This document shows, piece by piece, positions 17,038-25,702 of a DNA stretch of 26,323 nucleotides (positions are counted from its first letter, which is position 1; each line of letters opens with the position of its first letter). The notes beneath the pieces are model-generated. The model ran no database searches, had not been told where the DNA came from, and worked only from the letters and a program-made list of their open reading frames with translations. The stretch comes from Candidatus Hodarchaeota archaeon (lineage in GTDB: Archaea; Asgardarchaeota; Heimdallarchaeia; Hodarchaeales; Hodarchaeaceae), in assembly GCA_029856365.1 (NCBI GenBank), contig JAHQWW010000044.1:1-26323 (forward strand). The letters run 5' to 3'. A program made the position numbers and the translations under genes.

Positions 17038-18297
17038 ATGGTTCAATGCCCCTTTTGCGGTAAAGAATTGGCAACACCTAGAACAGTAAAATTCTGTACC
17101 TACTGTGGATCGAATTTAACAAGCTCTGTTCAAATGAGGAAGGTAAGAAGGGTCTCACCATCTTATCGTCCATGGTTGATCATTATAGGGGCAATTGCTA
17201 TCATTGGAGTGATTTTTATTTTCATAATTTTAGTAGGTTCATTCATCTTAACATCTCTCTTTGGGCCACCACTTGGTTCAGGCATTGAAATTCATTTTGA
17301 CGCTGATTTCACTAAGTACAGCTCATCAGGGACAGGAACAATAGATAATCCATTCATCCTCTCTAACTACATTCTCACGAACCATTTATATGGTTTCTCG
17401 ATTCATAACACCACTAAATACTTCGTAATCACTAATTGTACCATAGAGATTTGTTACGAAGGAATCAATCTTGAAAATGTTGCACCTGGAACAGCAAAAA
17501 TTTTCGGTAACAATATTACGTATAACGATTGTTGGGTTTGGGAAACAGGTCCTCATGCTGGTATCACAATCGTCTCCTCTCCAGAAGTTAATATTTCGAA
17601 TAATATCATTTCAAGAACTGGTTATGAGGGAATAGTAATTGAAGACTCAAAGAAATGTTATTTAGCTAATAATACAGTTTCATGTCTTCATCGAGGTATC
17701 ATCTTAGAATATTCAAATTCGTCAATTATCAGAAATAATTTTCTTTTTCATAACACTGAAGCAATCCATTGTTTCGACTCACATTTCTTGAATATTACCA
17801 ACAATATTTGTGTTGACAACGAAGATGTATGTATAAATATTGTGGGTTCAAATTTTTCAAGAATTATAAATAATATCTGCGCCAATAATACTAATACATG
17901 GCCAGGGTGGTATACTTCTGGTATCGTCTTGGATACATGTAATAATTGTACCATCACTAATTGTACCATTAGAAATTGTTATCAAGGTATTTATGCTCTT
18001 GGTTCATCATATTGTCGGATCTTTAATAATTCCATTAAGAACAATCAAGAATATGGAATCTCTATCTTTTCTGCGTTTGAAATCACAGAATTCAACATAA
18101 TTTATCATAATTCATTTATCGAGAATAATTTAAATGAATTCTCACAAGCTTCTGATAATGGAACTTCTAATTACTGGTACAATTCGGAACTAGAACAGGG
18201 TAATTATTGGTCAGATTGGAAAGGCACAGGCGTCTATTATATCGCAGGAATAGCAAATACATCAGATATCTATCCATTAAGTGAACCACTAATATAA
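17038..18297 (+). CDS. Zinc ribbon - TM - NosD-type beta-helix protein
   Basis: CPFC-x13-CTYC, then a basic stretch and one long TM, GTGTIDNPFIL, many Asn/Cys-rich PbH1 repeats, and a GNYWSDW...DIYPL cap. Confidence 0.85.
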   Translation: MVQCPFCGKELATPRTVKFCTYCGSNLTSSVQMRKVRRVSPSYRPWLIIIGAIAIIGVIFIFIILVGSFILTSLFGPPLGSGIEIHFDADFTKYSSSGTGTIDNPFILSNYILTNHLYGFSIHNTTKYFVITNCTIEICYEGINLENVAPGTAKIFGNNITYNDCWVWETGPHAGITIVSSPEVNISNNIISRTGYEGIVIEDSKKCYLANNTVSCLHRGIILEYSNSSIIRNNFLFHNTEAIHCFDSHFLNITNNICVDNEDVCINIVGSNFSRIINNICANNTNTWPGWYTSGIVLDTCNNCTITNCTIRNCYQGIYALGSSYCRIFNNSIKNNQEYGISIFSAFEITEFNIIYHNSFIENNLNEFSQASDNGTSNYWYNSELEQGNYWSDWKGTGVYYIAGIANTSDIYPLSEPLI

Positions 18298-18590
18298 AAG
18301 AAATAATTGAATATGCTAAGGAAGCCAAGATAACCCTCTTCACTCTATATCGTCAAACCTTCTTCCCACGACCAAGGGACACTTAATTCTTAACTTATTC
18401 AAGTTTATACCCGCTAAGTGTTTACATTGAAAGTCGAAAGCGCTGTGAAGTGATATTCAGGTATTTTTGTCTACTTTGGAATCAAATTCTTCTCTTTCCT
18501 CCTTCTGAATTGCGGAACATCATTATTAATTTCCCCTCATGAAAAAGATTATTAATTAATACAATTATCATTGTTCGGTGGTTTTGAGTA

Positions 18591-20435
18591 ATGGCTAATC
18601 CCTTCACAAAAGATCTAGCTCGAGATAGACTTGATTTTAATAACATTTTATCTTTTGTAAAGAGTTTATCAAAATATAAAGACAGAATTGCAGGTACTGA
18701 ATCAATAAAGGAAGCAAGTTTGTTCATAAAAGGATTCTTAGAAGAACTGCAGGATATTGAGGTGTGGATTGACGAGTTTCCGATATATACTAGCTTTCCA
18801 TTAGAGTCTGAAGTAGCCGTACTTTCACCTATAGCTAAAGTTTTTCAAAGCTTCCCCAATCTTTATAGCCTAAATACACCTCCAGAGGGGGTAACAAATG
18901 ATGTTGTTTATGTAGAGAGAGGAGGAAGCAAAGAATATGAAGGATTGGATGTTAGAAATAAGATAATCCTTGCTGATCTCTCTTATGCTCCTCCAAGACC
19001 AGAAAAGGCATGGCTAGCCCGAAATAAAGAAGCTAGTGCCATCATCCTTTCAAATTGGGGCCACCCTCAGAATGAAATAGTTGGTAGAGGAGCGATCAAA
19101 CATGTTTGGGGTCCTTTAACATTGGAAGATGTAAATCGTATTCCAAGGATTCCTTCAGTTAATATTTCCAGAAAAGATGCTGAATTTCTAAAAAAATTAC
19201 TTGAGAAGGGAACTGTAAAGATAAATGTCAAAAGTAAAGTAGAAGATAGGTGGGTTATATCTAATCAACCAATTGGCAGAATAATCCCTCCTCAAAGTAA
19301 GAGTATGTTCGATGAATTGTTGGTTATAGGAGGACACCTAGAATCATGGGGTGGAACTGTGACTGATAATTCTACTGGAATCGCGGTCATACTTGAGATC
19401 GTAAGAACATTGTTGAAAAAGGAGGAGAAGATTAGAAGAGAAGTCATAACGAATTTTTGGGATGGTCATGAAATAGGAGAAGCTGCAGGTTCTGGTTGGT
19501 TTGTTGATAATTATTGGGGTGAGCTTAATGAACGGGCGATAGCTTATGTAAATTTTGATGGATTTGGCATGATAGGAACAAATCACTTCATCTCATATTC
19601 ATCCCCAGAGACCTGGGGGTTCTTAGGAGAAGTAGAAAAAGCTGTAATAGGTAAAGAGTCAGAAAAGAGACTTCCATTAAAGATTGGGGATAATTTTTTT
19701 CTCGGAATTGGTATTCCTTACATTTTTACCTTCGCCACATATCCTCCCGAGGAAATGGAAAAACTGGGGAATGCATTATTTGGGTGGTGGTATCACAGTG
19801 AAGAAGACACCCTTGATAAAGTGGATGAAGATATTCTAAAACTTCAGGCTGAACTCCATTTTCATTACATTATCAAATTATTGAATGAACCTATCATTCC
19901 TTGGGATTACGTAACTTTTATCAAGTATATTATCCATGAAATAAAAGAGATAGAGAAGAGTTACAAAGATGTCCCTAGAAGCGATAGACTGAATACAATC
20001 CTGAAAAAGGTAGAAGTATTTCAAAAGAAAATAGAAGCAGTTAATGATTTCATTGAGGAGTATTCTGATAAGACTCCAGAAGAGCTTAATGAAAAAGAAA
20101 TAAGTCGAATTAAAAGATTAAATAAATTCCTGTTATCTTTAGGTAGGTTGTTGAATCCAGCATTCCGGAGTACAACAGACAAGTACAGTCATGATCCCTA
20201 TGGCTACAGTATTTTAACGAAACCATTACCTAGAGTCTACAGTGTGTTAGTAAAACTCAATAAATATGAGGAAAGCAGTTTCGAGTATAATTGCTTATTA
20301 ACTCGACTTTTACGTGAATACAATTACTTGGAAGATACAATTAGTTCCGTAATTGATTTAGTAGACAATCTCTTATCCTTGAAACCCAATTATTTTACAA
20401 TCCCTAAAAATAGTAGTAGTCTATTCAGAACTTAG
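18591..20435 (+). CDS. M28 family metallopeptidase with PA domain, no signal peptide
   Basis: PA domain (YVERGG...LDVRNKIIL...IPSVNISRKDA); GGHLESW, TDNSTG, DGHEIG, NFD, YHSEEDT; helical C-terminal domain. Confidence 0.85.
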   Translation: MANPFTKDLARDRLDFNNILSFVKSLSKYKDRIAGTESIKEASLFIKGFLEELQDIEVWIDEFPIYTSFPLESEVAVLSPIAKVFQSFPNLYSLNTPPEGVTNDVVYVERGGSKEYEGLDVRNKIILADLSYAPPRPEKAWLARNKEASAIILSNWGHPQNEIVGRGAIKHVWGPLTLEDVNRIPRIPSVNISRKDAEFLKKLLEKGTVKINVKSKVEDRWVISNQPIGRIIPPQSKSMFDELLVIGGHLESWGGTVTDNSTGIAVILEIVRTLLKKEEKIRREVITNFWDGHEIGEAAGSGWFVDNYWGELNERAIAYVNFDGFGMIGTNHFISYSSPETWGFLGEVEKAVIGKESEKRLPLKIGDNFFLGIGIPYIFTFATYPPEEMEKLGNALFGWWYHSEEDTLDKVDEDILKLQAELHFHYIIKLLNEPIIPWDYVTFIKYIIHEIKEIEKSYKDVPRSDRLNTILKKVEVFQKKIEAVNDFIEEYSDKTPEELNEKEISRIKRLNKFLLSLGRLLNPAFRSTTDKYSHDPYGYSILTKPLPRVYSVLVKLNKYEESSFEYNCLLTRLLREYNYLEDTISSVIDLVDNLLSLKPNYFTIPKNSSSLFRT

Positions 20436-20498
20436 AATAAGTAAGTATTAGACGTTCTATATTCTTCTTAACTTGCCCGGAAATTTTGAGGAATTAAA

Positions 20499-23153
20499 CT
20501 AAGTCTTAAGGGGTTGTCTGACAATAATAAAATACAAACACACACCAGCAGCTATTACCGCGAAGACTCCTATGATTAGTAAAACTGAAGAAAACAGGAT
20601 ATCGATATTTTTTCCTATAATAGTAATTGCATCGGATGATTCTATTGCGTCAGTGTCTATAGTATGTTCCTTCAGGGATTGTTGTAATTCCATTGCCACC
20701 TGGCGGGCTTTTAAGTAGTCCTTACTACTATAGCTATCCGTTAGGTTATCCCAAGTATCTTGTAAGTCAACCAACCACTCAAGTTCAGCATCAATCAGCA
20801 TAGGCTCTTGTGCCATCTTTAAAGCTTCAAATATTTCTTGTTCAGCAGCATAGCGTTGAAAGCTTTCTATCCTAATCCGAGAGAAACGTGTATAATCACC
20901 ATAATAACCCATTGTATCAGCAGTGAAATCAGCAGCGTATTGAGTTGAAGTAAACGTGTGAGGGAAACCTATTGCGTGGCCTAATTCGTGGACGAGAACT
21001 GTTGAAAGTCCCTGACGGGGCACAGCTATTAAGTCGGTTCTGTTAGGATAATAAAGCCTATCAAGTTCCATTAATTGAAGAGTACGTTGATCTCCCCCCA
21101 ATCCTGTAAATAATCCACCACCACTCCATATTCCAGGGGAAGCCAATGTTGCATTATCCAAAATGAATGCGTACCCTGTCACCACCAGATCTGCTGCATC
21201 AAGATCGAAGAATAGTCGTCGATAAGTAGTGCTGAATAGGTGGTTATAAATACCCATACCGTCATAATATGTATAATTGGCTATCGGTGGTTCATCAGGA
21301 CTATAATCGACAATATAATTAGGATGGTTTAAAATACCTTCAATATTAGAATAATTGGCCAAATCTAAGAATTCTACATCAATGTCAATATTACTTTCTG
21401 GCATTAGCTCGGTTAAAGCGAAACTAATTGCGGTTTCATTAATTGTCCATTTGAGATCGCTATTTGTGAAACCCAAATGTGAAACACCGTTAAAGATCTT
21501 AACCTGTAAGGAAATATCTTCACTGAAATCAATTCTATTCAGAGGGGGCCAAAAAAGATTGATAGGAACGAGTTCGGCCAGCCAATCACTGATGTAGTCA
21601 TTGATAGCAATCTTACCGTTAGAAGTATCGGGATCGTGTGTTTTCATAAAATGATCGAGATCTTCATCATAAAAGTCGTGATCCCCATCGTTGACATTTA
21701 AACCATTCCAAACTTCTACCCATTTCAAATACCATTGAAAAGCGGTGGGATCGAGAAATATATCACTGGATTCGTATCCAGTGTATCCTACATATGGGAA
21801 TTCAGCATCGAGATTCCAAGGGAAATCAAATTCATTCCTGTACCAATGCTTGTTGATACCTGTATCAACATCAATGTCCTTTATCTCGAACCAATGATCT
21901 CTTCCTTCTGTATCAAAGTAGGAAAAGTTTAACAAACTGATACAGTAGTCAACCTCATTAGTATACCTGTTTTGTTCAAGCCAAGATTCCACAGCATTAC
22001 CATCAATGGCAGTTCCATTTTTTGGTATGAAAACATCCTGTGGATCCCAGAACTTAGCTTGGTATTCAAGTTTTGGAAGGTCTAGCTGAACAGTAGGATC
22101 ATTTACACTATGATCTGCCACGAATGCATCTAACGCGTCCTTATACGCCTGATCTGCAAAGTAGTAAGAATAATTTGCTTGATAATAATAATGGGCATTA
22201 TCCTGACCTCCTAAGAATATTGCACCATAATGTGGTAATTTTTTAGTAATTTTGGAAGTGTTTATCATATCCTGATCGTAACCAACAAAAACAATTGCTA
22301 TATCAATTGGATCATCAATTGAAAAATCAGTTTGCGCCTGGGCTAAGCTTACAAGGCGGAACACACGGTTATCTCCAGAGGTATAATAAAGGATGTTTTT
22401 GCTATCAAAACAAATACTAGTAATTTCATTAGACGAAGAAGAGTAAAAGAGTGAAAAATCGTCGTTAAATATGTCATAACGGTAAATTTTACCTCCTGTC
22501 CCTTGGACAAAATAAAGATAACCAAAATTATCAACAGAAAACTCACCATTCCAGCTACCACCAATATTTGACAATCGAACGTCCATGAGGTGGTCAACCT
22601 GCATGTTTCCGTAATAATCCTGATATGTATAGTAAATTGAATTACTTTCAGTTGAAAACAATAATATATCTGGAAACGAAGGGGCTGTAGCTAAATCTCT
22701 AATATCTGATGAGTGACTAAAGAAATGATATGATGATAGAATGGAACCTGGAGTATCAGAATAAGTATTCAGGTAATCATAAATGACTTTTATGTTGTTA
22801 CTCCCTTCCTCAATAAAGTATAAGTTCCCTGAATACGGATTCATGGCATATTTATGCACGAGAAAGTCACTAGATAAACGAAATTGATTAGTTTCTGATT
22901 GATCAACTGGATTATAGCTCATTATGTAAAAATTGGTTTTGCTGGAATAGTAAAACTCCCCTGAAATGACATAATTCAAGTCAATCATTGAAAGGGAGGT
23001 AGGACTTTCGAAAAACAGTTCTGGAGAAAGATCAGCTATAGGATTGTTTGACATGGATAAAAAACTGCCAAGAAGAAATAAGATAATAGCAAGCAAACAA
23101 AAAAAAGTTACTATAATGACTTTTGTTCTAGAGACAAATTCCATTGTTACCAC
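20499..23153 (-). CDS. Membrane-anchored metzincin-type metalloprotease with N-terminal beta-propeller-like region
   Basis: HELGHAIGFPH (HExxHxxGxxH) plus DTMGY Met-turn. Blade-like repeats (SVDNFGYLYFV, CFDSKNILYYT, NPYSGNLYFI). N-terminal hydrophobic helix and C-terminal TM. Start GTG 23153 or ATG 23144. Confidence 0.82.
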   Translation of the reverse strand: MVTMEFVSRTKVIIVTFFCLLAIILFLLGSFLSMSNNPIADLSPELFFESPTSLSMIDLNYVISGEFYYSSKTNFYIMSYNPVDQSETNQFRLSSDFLVHKYAMNPYSGNLYFIEEGSNNIKVIYDYLNTYSDTPGSILSSYHFFSHSSDIRDLATAPSFPDILLFSTESNSIYYTYQDYYGNMQVDHLMDVRLSNIGGSWNGEFSVDNFGYLYFVQGTGGKIYRYDIFNDDFSLFYSSSSNEITSICFDSKNILYYTSGDNRVFRLVSLAQAQTDFSIDDPIDIAIVFVGYDQDMINTSKITKKLPHYGAIFLGGQDNAHYYYQANYSYYFADQAYKDALDAFVADHSVNDPTVQLDLPKLEYQAKFWDPQDVFIPKNGTAIDGNAVESWLEQNRYTNEVDYCISLLNFSYFDTEGRDHWFEIKDIDVDTGINKHWYRNEFDFPWNLDAEFPYVGYTGYESSDIFLDPTAFQWYLKWVEVWNGLNVNDGDHDFYDEDLDHFMKTHDPDTSNGKIAINDYISDWLAELVPINLFWPPLNRIDFSEDISLQVKIFNGVSHLGFTNSDLKWTINETAISFALTELMPESNIDIDVEFLDLANYSNIEGILNHPNYIVDYSPDEPPIANYTYYDGMGIYNHLFSTTYRRLFFDLDAADLVVTGYAFILDNATLASPGIWSGGGLFTGLGGDQRTLQLMELDRLYYPNRTDLIAVPRQGLSTVLVHELGHAIGFPHTFTSTQYAADFTADTMGYYGDYTRFSRIRIESFQRYAAEQEIFEALKMAQEPMLIDAELEWLVDLQDTWDNLTDSYSSKDYLKARQVAMELQQSLKEHTIDTDAIESSDAITIIGKNIDILFSSVLLIIGVFAVIAAGVCLYFIIVRQPLKT

Positions 23154-23436
23154 ACGAGTAAGAGTAATAAGGACTTTCTAGTCATTTTCAATACATCATT
23201 TATTTCACGATTTTTTTTTAAGAATTATGAATCCTGCAATAGAATTAATATAAGAAAGAAAAAACATTTTTTTTTGATCGATCCTGTAAAAGAGAATGAT
23301 ACACTGTTGTTAACAAGAAAAGTAGTAACAATATCAACCTTAATTTTTATTGATATGACCAAAGCTCACTTGATATAATATTCATCAGGAAATTCTCCCT
23401 TTTTAAGAGGATCCCAGTTTGTTTGAATAGCTTTTC

Positions 23437-23658
23437 GTGTATAAAAAGACGTCACCGATTATTTTCTTGTGTGTTATATTACATGAATTGACTGGATTCA
23501 ATCCTGATGTTACAGATCAAACGTCGTTGGTTTTGTTTGGAGTTAAAATTCACACAGCATCAATCCCTATGATTTTGTGTTTATTAGGCCTGATTGTCTT
23601 TATCAAGGTACATGATCTTATTCCAGAAAGAACTATAGATATTCAAACAGACTGTTAA
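23437..23658 (+). pseudogene. Degraded C-terminal fragment of a GPH/MelB-type (MFS_2) sugar:cation symporter
   Basis: LHELTGFNPDVTDQTSLVLFGVKIHTASIPMILCLLGLIVFIKVHDLIPER matches the TM11-loop-TM12 pattern of GPH transporters (GF/Y...Q...GIR...IP...YxL). In-frame TAG at 23428-23430 and no upstream body. Confidence 0.65.
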
Positions 23659-23694
23659 AAACAAAAACATTATAGATAGATCGAAAATTATCCT

Positions 23695-23880
23695 TCAAAG
23701 ATTCTCCCAAATTTTCTTCAAAGCATTTTCACTGTATTGTTTGACCCAATATTCAATGCAATCTTCTAAAACTAACGCGGCAATTGCAGAGGGTCTGATC
23801 CTAAGAATTTCAGCGTATTTTTCTAGTTTCTCCCTCACCTCATTGGGGATTCGGACTGATATGACTGCTGTCTTTGTCAT
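23695..23880 (-). CDS. Ribbon-helix-helix (CopG/Arc/MetJ-like) DNA-binding protein
   Basis: AVISVRIP beta-strand, NEVREKLEKYA helix A, RPSAIAALVLE helix B; 61 aa. Confidence 0.82.
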   Translation of the reverse strand: MTKTAVISVRIPNEVREKLEKYAEILRIRPSAIAALVLEDCIEYWVKQYSENALKKIWENL

Positions 23881-23910
23881 ATAAAACGCCTGAATTCAAA
23901 AAAATATTGA

Positions 23911-23930
23911 TCTTATAAGAGCTTTTTTCT
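23911..23930 (-). promoter_or_regulatory. Putative BRE + TATA promoter of the RHH gene
   Basis: Minus strand AGAAAAAAGC-TCTTATAAGA about 30 nt upstream of the ATG at 23880. The TATA element is a perfect 10-bp palindrome. Confidence 0.55.
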
Positions 23931-23954
23931 TCAGGAAAATTCCCGCTACATAGC

Positions 23955-24722
23955 TTAATTGAGTTCATTGAGTAATAAGGTATAATTTATCTTATCTAAG
24001 ATCTTCCAGATTGAATGACTTTGAAAGAGTAAGAAGAAACTAAAAACAGGTAATAAAACAAGTTGGATAACCATAGCCATTATATAGAATTCTTGAGAGA
24101 TTAAAATACCAATAAATCCAATTAAATCACCTGATTGATACACTAAGAAAGCAATTAACATTATCATTAAGTGAGTTGAGAGAGCTTGTTCTGGTTTTCG
24201 GTCATAAAATTTCTCTCGAACGTTACGTAAACGGATTAAAAGAATAATAACCATTATATCAACCAAAAATGTAAATGCATATAAGCCAAAAAGAGATAAA
24301 GTGTCTAACATCTCATTTTCCACAAATATAGAGGCAAAAATCCACCCAATAAATAAAGCGGGGACTATTGGAATGTATTTTTCAACAAAAAAAAGACGAT
24401 TAGATGAAAGATTAATATATACTAATGAAAATTCTAAGGAAGTAAGTAACATGAATATAATTATTATTTTCAATAAATAGGGCAGTCTCATCAATCCTAG
24501 GTCTTGAAATGTTTCAGACATGTCTTCAGGTAAGAAAATTGCCAGTATCCCTGTGACTAAGAGTGTTGTTGCAAATAAAAATAAGACTAAAGTCACATGA
24601 AGAAAAATTTCATCTCTTGTCTTTTTAAAAAGTGGAAAAGTAAGGACTGTTGATAAGAATAGCAGGAATGAACTTATTAATGCAAACAATCCAACAAATA
24701 TGATTAAGGTCATTTCATCCAT
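23955..24722 (-). CDS. Stand-alone 7-TM membrane protein of unknown function
   Basis: Seven hydrophobic segments by eye; charged loop RLRNVREKFYDRKPEQ between TM5 and TM6; short amphipathic C-terminal tail. Confidence 0.8.
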   Translation of the reverse strand: MDEMTLIIFVGLFALISSFLLFLSTVLTFPLFKKTRDEIFLHVTLVLFLFATTLLVTGILAIFLPEDMSETFQDLGLMRLPYLLKIIIIFMLLTSLEFSLVYINLSSNRLFFVEKYIPIVPALFIGWIFASIFVENEMLDTLSLFGLYAFTFLVDIMVIILLIRLRNVREKFYDRKPEQALSTHLMIMLIAFLVYQSGDLIGFIGILISQEFYIMAMVIQLVLLPVFSFFLLFQSHSIWKILDKINYTLLLNELN

Positions 24723-24775
24723 CCTTTTCTATTTTTTCTCATTGATATTTATAGCTAATAGGTTTTTAAATATAC

Positions 24776-24800
24776 GTAAGCTTTGTAAGCTTTTCTTACA
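24776..24800. promoter_or_regulatory. Candidate operator: GTAAGCTTT x2 direct repeat overlapping a TGTAAG-N5-CTTACA inverted repeat
   Basis: Read directly from the sequence. Abuts a TATTTAAA TATA-like box (minus strand, ~24766-24773) upstream of the 7-TM gene. Confidence 0.45.
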
Positions 24801-24992
24801 CTGGCCCATTTGTAATGGAAATACACTAAACTTTTAATATTATTTACATAAAGAAGAAATTGGTTAGTTACATGATGGATAAAAGAAAGTTCATAACTGA
24901 AAACTTTTTAAGCTTTAATAAAACAGTTAAAACTAATTCTTTTATTCTGTAAAATATTACCATAAGAAAAGTGAGTTGAGGAAATAACACTG

Positions 24993-25697
24993 ATGATAGA
25001 ATTATTAAGAATTGAAAAATATTATCAGATGGGAGAAATTACCGTAAAGGCTTTAGACGGTGTGTCTTTTGATATTGATGAGGGAGAGACTGTTGTGTTA
25101 TTAGGTCCGTCAGGAAGTGGCAAAACTACATTACTAAACCTTGTTGGAGCTCTAGATCGACCAACAGGAGGTAAAATTAAAATTGATGGAACAGATATTA
25201 CCCGTTACAATCGGCAACAACAATTTACTTTTCGACGTAATACAATAGGATTCATATTTCAAACATTTAACTTGTTTCCTACATTATCAGCGTTAGAAAA
25301 CGTTCAGTATGTCGCAGATCTGGCACGAAAGAAGAATAGCAAACAAAAATCTATCGAGGCGTTAAAAGCGGTCGGACTTGAGGATCGAATACACCATTTT
25401 CCCCATCAACTAAGTGGTGGAGAACAACAAAGGGTTGCGATTGCTCGAGCTTTAGTAAAAGAGGCTCAGCTTATTTTAGCTGACGAACCAACTGGAGAAC
25501 TTGACTATAAAACAGGAAAACAGATTTTAAAACTCTTATTAAAACAACAGAACAATAATACGATTGTTATATTGGTAACTCATAATCGAGAAATTGCACG
25601 GATCACTAATCGGGTCATCGAATTACATTCAGGGATGATAACTGAAGATGGTCCACCAAAGAAAGGTAAGGTTTCCATTGAAGAACTTCGATGGTGA
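24993..25697 (+). CDS. ABC transporter ATP-binding protein, LolD/MacB-like
   Basis: GPSGSGKT, FIFQ, LSGGEQQRVAIARAL, LADEPTGELD, VTHN. Confidence 0.95.
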   Translation: MIELLRIEKYYQMGEITVKALDGVSFDIDEGETVVLLGPSGSGKTTLLNLVGALDRPTGGKIKIDGTDITRYNRQQQFTFRRNTIGFIFQTFNLFPTLSALENVQYVADLARKKNSKQKSIEALKAVGLEDRIHHFPHQLSGGEQQRVAIARALVKEAQLILADEPTGELDYKTGKQILKLLLKQQNNNTIVILVTHNREIARITNRVIELHSGMITEDGPPKKGKVSIEELRW

Positions 25698-25702
25698 AAA
25701 TC

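Noticed and set aside
18298-18590. Start-less coding-like fragment (EIIEYAKEAKIT..., 18300-18386) and an imperfect ACACTTA...AACTT-N4-AAGTT...TAAGTGT hairpin (18379-18421)
   Set aside because: Too short to assign, and the stems are weak and AT-rich. BLASTX or Infernal would be needed to call a pseudogene or ncRNA.
23695-23880. RHH as the antitoxin of a type II TA pair
   Set aside because: No PIN/RelE/ParE-like toxin ORF is adjacent; the downstream sequence is the opposite-strand transporter remnant.
23381-23944. Similar strings TTCATCAGGAAATTCTCCC (23381) and TTCTTCAGGAAAATTCCC (~23927) flanking the pseudogene and RHH gene
   Set aside because: Imperfect, only two copies, and no recombinase or transposase nearby; could be chance.
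23955-24722. Rhodopsin (helio/schizorhodopsin) call for the 7-TM protein
   Set aside because: No retinal-binding Lys in TM7 and no RY/W-x-x-W/Y TM3 motif.
24872-24952. Short ORF MMDKRKFITENFLSFNKTVKTNSFIL upstream of the ABC ATPase
   Set aside because: No RBS or signal peptide, and it lies in an AT-rich promoter region.
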